Source of the DNA: Octopus vulgaris
Taxonomy: Eukaryota
Assembly (NCBI GenBank): GCA_951406725.2
Contig: OX597838.1
Location: forward strand, 41,354,001-41,418,000
Direction: 5' to 3'
Length of the DNA: 64,000 nt
Below the pieces are notes generated by a model that was given only the letters and a program-made list of their open reading frames with translations, was not told the DNA's origin and did not search any database. Numbering within the stretch: the first letter of the stretch is position 1; each line of letters starts with the position of its first letter. The translations under genes were made by a program, and so were the position numbers. Positions 1 to 10,766 of this stretch are shown in pieces.

Positions 1-104
1 GTTAAAATGATGATGATGAGGAGGAGGAGGAGGATGACGATAATTATGATAGTGAGGTTTATTGCCCCAAGGTTACCATTTCTATCAAAGGTAACATGGT
101 CGAT

Positions 105-281
105 AATTTTTTGTGGGAAGGGGGAATAATCGATTATATTAACCTCACCACTTGACTGGTCCTTTATTGACCCCAAAAGGATGAAAGGTAGAGTTGACCT
201 TGATGGAAGCGAAACCCAAAATGCAAGGAGTTGGAAGAAATACCATTTGGCCCAGTGCAGTAATAATGCTGCTGGATCACT

Positions 282-313
<32 letters not shown>

Positions 314-673
314 GGTTTTTGATTAAGGCACAAAGTTATTTTGAGGGGTGAGGACTGATACCATCAACCCACCTCCCTCCCCCCACCAAACAAAAGATAA
401 AATGCAAAATTGTCTTCAGCAGGGTTTGAAACCTCAATGTAAGATCAGATGTACTGCAAAACATTTTATCCAACATTCTGATAACTCTGGCAGCTCAGAT
501 TGTTTCAAATTTTGACACAAAATTAGAGGACAGGGTTCAGTTAATTACATCAACCCCAGGACATAACAGGTACTTTATTGGCCCTAAAAGGATGAAAATC
601 AAAAATGACCTGTGGAATTTAAAGAAATGGTAGAATTGCCGCTAAGCATTTGCCTGACACAAACTTTCACCAC

Positions 674-710
<37 letters not shown>

Positions 711-920
711 GTTTCAAATTTTGCCACAAGGGCAGCGGCTTTGGAAGAGATGAGTCGATTGCATTGACCCCCTAGTGTTCAACTGGTACTTATTTTATCG
801 ACCCCAAAAGGATGAAAGGCAAAGTTAACCTTGCCAGAATTTTGACTCAGAATGTAAAGACTGATGAAACGCCACTAAACAATTTCGTCCAGCTTACTAA
901 CAATCTGACCAGTTCACAAA
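105..920 (-). mobile_element. Cluster of about 4 copies of one SINE family, interspersed with (AAT)n
   Basis: Repeated block ACTGGTACTTATTTTATCGACCCCAAAAGGATGAAAGGCAAAGTTGACC at ~155, ~570 and ~783, with a degenerate copy at ~360-420. Further copies at ~9630-9880, ~12720-12895 and ~59625-59710. The central block resembles the Meta-SINE domain (from recall). Confidence 0.7.
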
Positions 921-1221
921 CTTTCACCACCGTGGTGGTTACAGTAATAATAATAATAATAATAATAATTATAAGCAAATGAAGAAAAACATTAAATTTT
1001 GCAAGCTTCATTTTTTTTTATTTATTTTCAATTCACTTTATTAATTTAAATGACAAAAAAATGGTTCTAGAAAGGAAAGGTAGGGTATAGAGGTGGGATA
1101 GGGTAGTGGGGAGACAGAGGCCATCCAAAGGGAAAAGATGAGAGAGAAAAAAAGAGATTGAGAAGAAGAAGAAGAAGAAGAAGAAGAATGCTAATGAAGG
1201 AGAAGAGAATGAAGAGGAAAT

Positions 1222-1260
<39 letters not shown>

Positions 1261-1459
1261 AGAAATAAGAATTTGAGAAATTACAACACAATCAACGTGT
1301 GTGTGTGTGTCACCTTAAAAGAAAGTATGGATGTATGTAGCTATACATACACATGTGCATGCACACACACACACACACTGAAAGTCCATTGCAGAAATGC
1401 ATGCGTATGGAGGTGAAATTTACTGACCAAGTGAACAGTTAACCTCTGATCGATTACAC

Positions 1460-1491
<32 letters not shown>

Positions 1492-2338
1492 TTACAGATT
1501 TTTTTGTTTTTTAGCATTTTCAAATAAAGAAAATTTTAAATATAAATAAAATAAAATTTAAAACTGGTCTGAAATTTTATGGAAAATGGTAAATAAATTA
1601 AAAAAAATAAAGAAAAATCTTTGCAACCAAGCAACAAAGTGAAGCAGCATTGCATAAAACAAGAGGCAGAGAACCGGATGCGGAGAGATCCAGGCCCAAG
1701 TGACATGGCAGGGGAGGGGAGTCCTCTGGTGGCATCGTAAGGTCACATCACCATGACAACTTGTTAATTTGAAGTAGGAACAGGGTTGAGAAGCAAAGGA
1801 TCAGAACATATATATATACACACACACACACACATACGTGTGTATATTATATACACATACAACAATTTGTGGCCAATAGTGTTGTTAGTGACACATTTCC
1901 AAAGAATCAATCGCTGTCAGTATTTCTGACAGAATGTTAAGGGAGGATTTCACTTTCTCACAGATGTAATGTCAAAAGGTTTATATATATATATATATAT
2001 ACATATATATACATACATATATATACATATATTAATTAATAATAATAATATTAGGGAAGAAATCCAAACTTACAGGGAAAAATTAGATTTAGGATTAAAT
2101 CCAATTTTATAGTATATATAAAATTTATAAGTTTAAATTATTTAAATAATTTTTTATTTTTAAATTAATTTTATGTATTGGCTTATATCTTTCACTGTTT
2201 GATTTGCCTAACAATGGTTTTATCTCTAATTTAATATTATATATACATATATACATATATATACATATATATATATAAACAGAATGAGATAAAAAAAAAT
2301 CCAAGGCTGTGAATAGTTTTCAGAGCATTTATAAAGAG

Positions 2339-2386
2339 GTCTTACAGCTGTTTCTGGGATATTTTATATATCCCTTCATCGGAGAC
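2339..2386 (-). ncRNA. Mirror hammerhead motif with core substitution (CCGAUGA)
   Basis: Reverse complement reads GTCT-CCGATGA-AGGGATATATAAAATATCCCA-GAAA-CAGCTG-TA-AGAC; position 2381 changes conserved U4 to C. Confidence 0.7.
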
Positions 2387-2685
2387 GGTGTGAGATAATG
2401 TTCAATAGTTATTATAGAGAAGATATCAAATACAGTGTGAAGCGAGGGAATGAAAACAGACGTGAGACAGGTAAGGATACTGTATTTGCAGTTCCATTAT
2501 TTAAGCAGAATGGTGCATATATAACTCGCACACAAGGAACAGGGAACTTATATATACACCATTCTGCTTAAATAATGGAACTGTAGATACAATATCCTTG
2601 CATATCTCACGTCTGTTTTCATCCCTCCACTTCACTCTCTATTTCATATCTTCTCTATAATAACTATTAAACATTTTCTCGCACC

Positions 2686-2733
2686 GTCTCTGATGAAGGG
2701 ATATATAAAATATCCCCGAAACAGCTGTAAGAC
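2686..2733 (+). ncRNA. Minimal type I hammerhead ribozyme motif (Penelope-type), intact core
   Basis: GTCT-CTGATGA-A-GGGATAT(ataaa)ATATCCC-C-GAAA-CAGCTG-TA^AGAC: stem I GTCT/AGAC, core CUGAUGA/GAAA, 7-bp stem II, palindromic stem III, GUA cleavage triplet. Confidence 0.8.
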
Positions 2734-3109
2734 CTCTTTATAAATGTTCTGAAAACTATTCACAGCCTTGGATTTTTTTTTATCTCACTCTGTTAATTTT
2801 ATATATATATATGCTAGTTAATACACGACCCACAGACTCCTCATTCGTATCATTATCGAACCTGGAGCTTAACTATAGTCTGTCCATAGCACTTACTCAG
2901 CATTACCTGACACCTTTGGGTCTTATTGACACCATTACCTCTCATACCATATCTATGCATACACACAACGGGCTTCTCCATCTACCAAATCCACTCAAGA
3001 CTTTGATTGGCCTGAGGCTATTCCAGAAGACACTTGCCCAAGGTACCATGCAGTTGGAGTGAACCCAGAACCGTGTGGTTGGGAAGCAATCTTCTTACCC
3101 ACACAGCTA

Positions 3110-3161
<52 letters not shown>

Positions 3162-3316
3162 CATGCACATATATATATTTTATAAAAGTAAATGTAACAA
3201 ATATAGAAATGCTTATCCAGTTAAAGGGGGAAAAAAACCTTTGAACCTATGATGTTTCCCCCTTTTACCTAAAACATTTGATTTGTATGGATTCTTAACC
3301 CCTTTTCAACTACTTT

Positions 3317-3354
<38 letters not shown>

Positions 3355-3512
3355 GTCTGTTTATATATATATAAACAGACTTCTGCAGTTTTGATCAACC
3401 AAACTCCCCTGGGTGAAGATACTTACTCAAGGTCCTGTACAATGGGATCAAACACTTGACAGAGAAGCTAACTTCTTAACCACAATGCAATACATACTAC
3501 CACATGTGTGAT

Positions 3513-3555
<43 letters not shown>

Positions 3556-3888
3556 CAGATATATTATTGTATTATAGACACATCACCACCACAAGACAAG
3601 CTACAAAAAAATTGGTTAACTAAAATCAATTCAGTTCCGGTACTAAAGTTGGAACTGATTGTTTGATTCCCAAGACTTTTGCCAACTTGGAACTTTTTTC
3701 AATCCCAACCACTGCCAAAAGCAAAAATTTTCAAATAAATCTGTTTTCTAAGAATTCGATTCCTTTTTATTTTTCCTTCCTATTCTCATGTATTTCAGTT
3801 TATTTTGTTTGCTAAGAGGAAACTGGGGATGTCTACAATTTTGGCTGCCACAGCAGAAATCAGTAATATTTAGTGAAAGCAAAAGTTG

Positions 3889-3970
<82 letters not shown>

Positions 3971-4189
3971 GTGTGTTGTGTGTGTGACATCTTAAACAAC
4001 CATAATTCTGTTTCCATCCTATGGAGTCATAAAAATATGTTTAAGTTTTATTTCAATAAATTTCTTTAGAGAATATTTAGTTGATGATTGCATTCCCAGC
4101 ATGAAACTTAGTCAAGAACAAGTAGTAGCCATCTTTAACTATTCTAACTTTATATACACACACAGAGAATATTCTGTTTGTAAAACACC

Positions 4190-4226
<37 letters not shown>

Positions 4227-4824
4227 CTCACTTGTATCTTTTATTGAGCACTACATATGAATGTAGACTGCTTCAACTTTGAATTTATATACACAAAAGA
4301 TTTTTCTTGCTCCAGTATGGCCACAATCCAATGATTAAAACGTGTGTGTGTGTGTGCATCACTTTCAGTAACAAAAAGTTTTTACTCTCTACTGATTGAT
4401 ATATTTCTTTTCTGCCCAAATTACGAAAAGTTTCCCCACATGGCCACCCCTGCCCCCAGATAATCGTAGTAACAACAGAATAGTCAACTAACTCAAGTCA
4501 GTATTTGGTATGTATTTTATTGAATTTTCCAAGATGCAAAACAAACTCTGGCAAATAAATAAATAGGGCAATTCTCCTCCATAACAACGAAATACTTTGT
4601 ACTTCAAATTCAAACACCGCATTGCACCCTGCCGTGTGCGAATGGGGTACTTAGTCTATCTAGTACACACACACACACACACACACACCCTTTGAGAATG
4701 GTACTTCTCATTCTTACCCACAAGTGTAGTGTTACATACCTGCATAGAAAGCTGCAAATCTGCAATTAGAATACATTTTTTAACATGCAGTGTTTGAAAA
4801 ACTATCTCTATTGAGAAAGAGAGG

Positions 4825-4861
<37 letters not shown>

Positions 4862-5171
4862 ACAGAGGAAGAAAGATGCCTATCTTGGTTATGTAGTAAG
4901 CTTTAGAAGATTCACCAAAATCCCAGAAAGTCTTGCCTGTCCATCGTTGGCAAAGTAATCAGTAAACTTATCCACATGACACCAGACATTCAACAAATAA
5001 ACAGAAAAACACATCATCATCATCATCATTTAACATCCGCTTCTTCATGCTGGCATGGGTTGGATGGCCTGGCAAGAACAGACAAGCCAGAGGATTTTGC
5101 CAGATTCCATGTAGGTCTGGGCATGGTTTCTACAGCTGGATGCCTTTTCCTAACGCCAACCACACATTCTT

Positions 5172-5259
<88 letters not shown>

Positions 5260-7860
5260 TGGGGTGAAAGAAAGGTTTTCTAAAGGAGATATATATGTGT
5301 GTATACATACACATATATATATGATCTTTCATAGATATAATCTGCACAACACACACATACATTAGATGTGTGCAGTACAGAGTCTCGGCAAAAAAAAAAA
5401 AAGAAAAAAATTTTCTATTTTTCTTTTTCTTTCTTTTTTTACTAATGCCAGTTGTTGTAAATCATTAAGATGAGAGAAGCTGGATAAATTTTGGAAACCA
5501 ATCATTACTTCTTAGAATTCAGAAGATTTTAAGAGTAAAATGACTTGCAATAACAAGATGATTGTTTTGTATTGAAGTCGGCATTGTTCTTGAAAAATCT
5601 ACCAAAAAAGTTGGTAGCCTTGTCCAAGACAAGTTGAGGAACTTTTGAGTTAAAACCAATTTGGGAGTAATAGCCTCTTCTTTTCCCTTCCAAATAAGGA
5701 AGAAATTGATAAAAGGCTGGACTGATCAAATTCAACAACACTCAATATATTACTGGTATTATATTAGCTGGATTGTTTGACATGGAAACATCAGGGAATG
5801 CTTAAAACTCCAAAAGAATTTTGAACTCAAAACTGCGAAAACGAAATCTAATTTTTGTTAAATCAATTTATGCCCAAATTCCAGTATTTCCATGATGATG
5901 ATGATGATGATGATGATAGCCATTACTGGTCTTTTAAACCTCTTGAATCTACTTTCTGTTAAAACTTTCTAACTCCAAAACTAATCTACTTTGCAGATTA
6001 ATTTACTAACGATGCTTGGACAACCCAACTGTGACCAATGACAAACAAGACTAGTCTGGATTTCCCAGCAGCTAAAAACATTAATATCTACAGGACCATG
6101 GCCACCACCAATGACAACATCACAGAATAAGAGTTTATAGTTGATGCACAATGTATGCCTGCTGTTCCTGAAAGTGTTTTCTAAAACAGAAGACAATCCA
6201 TCAAATGACCATCCCTTAATATTCTGATCAGGTTTTCTCTTTAATTAATCCAAGGATACTAAAAACTCCTTCGAAAGAGGAGTCCAATAGAAAGCCAGAC
6301 CCAAAATTATTTATGCTTCAGGAGGGACCCTTAAGATCTGTCCATTTGTAAAGTTTATTCTAATCAGAAGTTACAAAGTAACACCAGAGCCAACTTGCAT
6401 GTCACTTAATAACTGCCTACAAACTTGGAATTAAATATATACACACACACACACACACACAGAGCCGTGGTTACGTTGGTTTCAGGTTCAGTCCCACTAT
6501 CTAACACTTTGGCTAAGTGCCTTTGTCTATAGCCCAGGGCTACACAATGCTTTAAGTGAATCTGATAAACAAGAACAATAGAAAAAGCCCATCACATGGT
6601 GGGTGTATAATGTGTGTCTGCATAGACACGGTTGTCTTTGTCCTTCACTGTTTGACAACTGGTGTTGGTTTGTTTACTTCCCCAAACGTCAACTTAAGCA
6701 AAAAATAAAGAAAACTGATCGACTAAACACCAGGCTTGAAAGAAATCAATTTGACTCAACACTTCAATGCTCCAGAATGACCACAGTCAATAGCTAAAGT
6801 CAGCATGTGAAGCAAGTGAGATAACTTTGCCATGAGCCACATCATAGAATATGGGGTCAAAATGAAGCCATAATTCTCTCTTACAATAAACTACAGTTTA
6901 TATGAATTCAACCACAACAAGTTTGATTCTACCGAAAATCTTCCTGTGTTGCAATTACTGCATCCACGACCAATCGACAGCAAGTGAAATGTCTTGTCAG
7001 GGGGTGGATTGAAAACAGAACAAATGAGAAGGAAACAACCAAGCAACAGTGTTGCCATGAAGTAGTGACCTCCTGACAATAGGAGACTTGGGGAATCCCT
7101 TATAATCTAACCCTGCTCCATTTGAGATTTTGTTCATCAAAGACAAAAAATTGCGATGTGTTTTATTCTTCCATCCCCAACTCAAAGGATTGTGGGGTGG
7201 GGGCATGTCTTTTTACCCTTTTTTTTTTTCCTTACATTCATCCTTAAATGGTAGGGAGACCTTTGGTTTGTTCTGTTTTCTTTTTTTTTTTCAAATTTCA
7301 ACATTAAACAAGGGTTTAAATCTTTTACAAACTAAATCAATCCAACTTAGTAGTGGTAGCCACAGGGTAGGACCAGTTGTCAGTCAAGTAGACTGTGGCA
7401 GTAGAGATTTGTTGTTTGGTAACAACATAAACAAAAAGTAGCTGTAGTCAATTAATGCAACAAACCACTTGACCTCACATAACTAATTAAAAAAAATGTC
7501 AACAGCAAATTGGAGAGCGGCGGCGGTGGTGGCAATAATGTCATTAGAAAAAAAGTATAGTGCTCCCTTGTAAGTGTAATCATTGTTATTATCCTTGTGA
7601 TCATTTCATTGCACTCCCAAACATAAGTACAAGCTAAAATGAAACAAAAAGGAGAAAGAAAAAAAAAAAACTAATGACAGCATCCTCCATTTTCTCAATT
7701 ACGATTGTTAACGAGCACATGTATTGGAGAAAACAAAGGAAGAAACAAAATTTTTTTAAAAATACGTATTTGCATCTCACACAACACAGTCAGCCTTGGC
7801 ATTGAATGAAGCCATTCAGGTAGTTGTTATTCTTGTATTTTTATGGTTATATATACAGGA

Positions 7861-7894
<34 letters not shown>

Positions 7895-8460
7895 TTGAAA
7901 AAAAGAAGAGAGACAGAGCTGCAGGAAGATAAACAATTAAGCTATGGACAGTTATTAGATAAATATTCTGAAATCACAAAAGCAGTGACAAAAAAAAAAA
8001 AGAAGAAGAAGAAGAAGAAGAAGAATGAAACTCAGTGTATTTATTAGTAATGACACCATTAAATCATCATTTCACTTCATGCAAGAGAGGGGGGAGAGAG
8101 AGAGAGCTAAATTAGTATTGATTAGAGATTAAGCTATATTAAAGAGAAACAAATAACAATTCATGGAAAACAAAAGTGATTGAAAGAGTGTTTCTTAAAT
8201 AAAAATAAACGAAAAGAAAGCGATGCAACTCTTGGCCTTCCAGACTCTCTCTCTCTCTCTCTCTCGCTCCTGTCAAAGATAAAACATAAAGTGTAAGGAC
8301 ACACACACACACACACACACACACGCGCGCGCATATATACACACATACAATTCAAAGAGAAAAATTAATATTGAGAGAAGAATGTGAGGTGGCCCAGATG
8401 AGACGGAACAGGGTGGTTGTACTGGTGGTGATAGTGGTGGTGGTGGTGGTGGTCTGGAGA

Positions 8461-8511
<51 letters not shown>

Positions 8512-8924
8512 GTGTTTGAGGATCATGCAAAGTAGCACCCACATTGTATTTGAACTTAACAAGGTGAGAGAGAGAGAGGGAGGGAAGAGAGGGTAGAGAG
8601 AGAGAGAGAGATGCTAAAACAATGTGAAGACGACAGAGTTGAGAAAGAACAAAAGACAAAGAGTGAAAGAAAGAGAGTGAATGAAAGAGAGACGGAGAGA
8701 AAGAGAGAAATTTAATAAACAAAAAAGTTTCTATTTATACATTTTAAGATCTTGTTGTTGTTGTTGTGGTTGTCATTTCTGCATTCGAAGAGTTCTTTTT
8801 ATTTTGTTTGTTTTTTTTTTCCTTTTTTTTAAAAGTTCTTCTTCCTTTTAAGCTCCAGATTTTATTTCTTCTTTTAAATTTCAATTAATTAATATATAAT
8901 TATTGTGTGGGAGGGAGTGAGAAA

Positions 8925-8962
<38 letters not shown>

Positions 8963-10291
8963 CGTCAAAGTCATTTTACAAAACAAAGAACAGGTTTGTT
9001 TTATGCTTCATTTTTTTTTTGGTTGTTTTTTTTAAATATGAACAAACAGATAAAAAAACAAATGAGACAAAATAGCTGTTATTAAAATCAAATACTGCTG
9101 GATGAAAAGCTTACCATATTAAGATTCATAGTTGTAATAATAATAATAATAATAATAATGATAATAATAATAATGATAATGATAATAATAATAGTAATAA
9201 TAATAATAATAGGTGTGGGTGATAGTAATATTAACTGGAGTAGCAATAGTAGTAGTAGTAGTGGTGGTGGTGGTGGTGGTAACAGTTATGGCTTATAATA
9301 ATCTCTCACATTTGATACAAAGCGTTAGATTCTTTGGAGTGTGAAGTGTAGTTGTGATGTTCAATCATTCCGCAAAGTCACAGATTAATTAAGATAAGTT
9401 GAAGGTGGCTACAGGTGGAAATTGAAACGAGGTCACAAAACTCAGTTAACTGGGAGGTGGTGGTAGTGGTGGGGAAGAGGGAACTTACCTCTACTCTACA
9501 GAGCTCACCACAATAATAATAATAATAATAATGATAATCATAATAACTATGATGGTTTCTAGCTGGCCGACTACCAAACAGCCTGTGGCAGGGCACAACA
9601 GTTTCAAACCACCCTTAATACATATATTACATACAGGGTACTTATTTTATGAACCCCAGAAGGGTTAAAGGCAAAGTGAAGCCATATGGTTTTTTTTTTT
9701 TTTGTCTTCAGGAGAAAGGGATGTAACTAAATATCACAATAATATCTAATATAGGCATAGGGGCCAGATTAGAGGGAGAGGAAAGGGATTAGTCAATTAA
9801 AATGACCCCAGTGCATGACTGGTACTTTATTCTATCGACCCTGGAAGGATGAAAGGCAAAGTTGACCTCGGCAGGATACCAATAAAAATAATATTTCAAG
9901 AATATTTTTATTGTGTTCTTTTATTTCATAGAATTTTTTTTTCTTTTGGTTTTTTTCTTTTTTATTATACATGTTCCATGCTAGTTCCAACTTTCATTTA
10001 AACAAGAATTTTTTTGTTTGTTTTTGTTTTCTCCTTCAAACAGAACTCCTAAACAACTATAAAACAATTCTACAGAAGCACACAACAGCACTTTAAAAAA
10101 TAAATTTAAAAAACACTTTAAAAATTGGGATGGAAAAATAGTAACAATAAAAAATAATTGAAATAATAATTATTATAATAATAATAATAGTAATAATAAT
10201 AATAATAATAATCATAATACAACTGCTGATATTCAAATGTTATCAAATCTACACATATGGTTCCAGCACAAAAACCAGTTAATATATATCA

Positions 10292-10323
<32 letters not shown>

Positions 10324-10449
10324 GTATATATATACATATATACATATATATATATGTATGTATGTATACGTGTATATGTATGTATGTGTTTCTGTTGTGT
10401 CAGGATTGTAAGTATATATGTATCAGCACGTGTATGTATGTGTATGTGT

Positions 10450-10493
<44 letters not shown>

Positions 10494-10692
10494 TTCTGAA
10501 TCTATATGTGTTTCTTGCAGTAGTGTCACAATATTGCATGGTCTGCTGTTGTTAGCTTATTCAGTTGTTCACTCATTAGTCTGTTTATTCGTTCATTCAT
10601 CAGTCATGCCAACGTAACCAGCCGGCTCGTGGATGACTTTTGCCAAAACACACCAAGACCATAAAAAAAACTCCAAGTGTAAACTTGCCACT

Positions 10693-10766
10693 TTAGCGAC
10701 ACTCCCATACTTTCACAGATTGGTCCACACTCCCAGATATTACGTAAGGAGCAGTCTTGTGCATAT
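10693..10766 (-). CDS. PAFAH1B1: LIS1 last coding exon ([24 protein letters not shown]), 74 coding nt
   Basis: Acceptor ttttccag|; TAA stop at 10693-95; canonical LIS1 C-terminus VWECR. Confidence 0.96.

Larger units (their letters stand above)
2278..2794. repeat. Long inverted repeat (247-bp arms, 23-nt spacer), probable Penelope-like element pLTR fold-back
   Basis: 2278-2524 is the ungapped reverse complement of 2548-2794 (about 21 mismatches by hand count, ~91%). Flanked by TA-rich microsatellite; each arm has a hammerhead motif. Confidence 0.93.

Noticed and set aside
1341-10499. Many 60-150 aa ORFs rich in CV, YI, HT, RE or SL dipeptides
   Set aside because: Translations of (TG)n, (TA)n, (CA)n and (GA)n microsatellites; no coding signature.
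4621-10540. miR-92/25-type seed matches (GTGCAAT / TGCAATA on the - strand at ~4621, ~7608 and ~10532)
   Set aside because: The count is compatible with chance over several kb; UTR extent and conservation are unknown.
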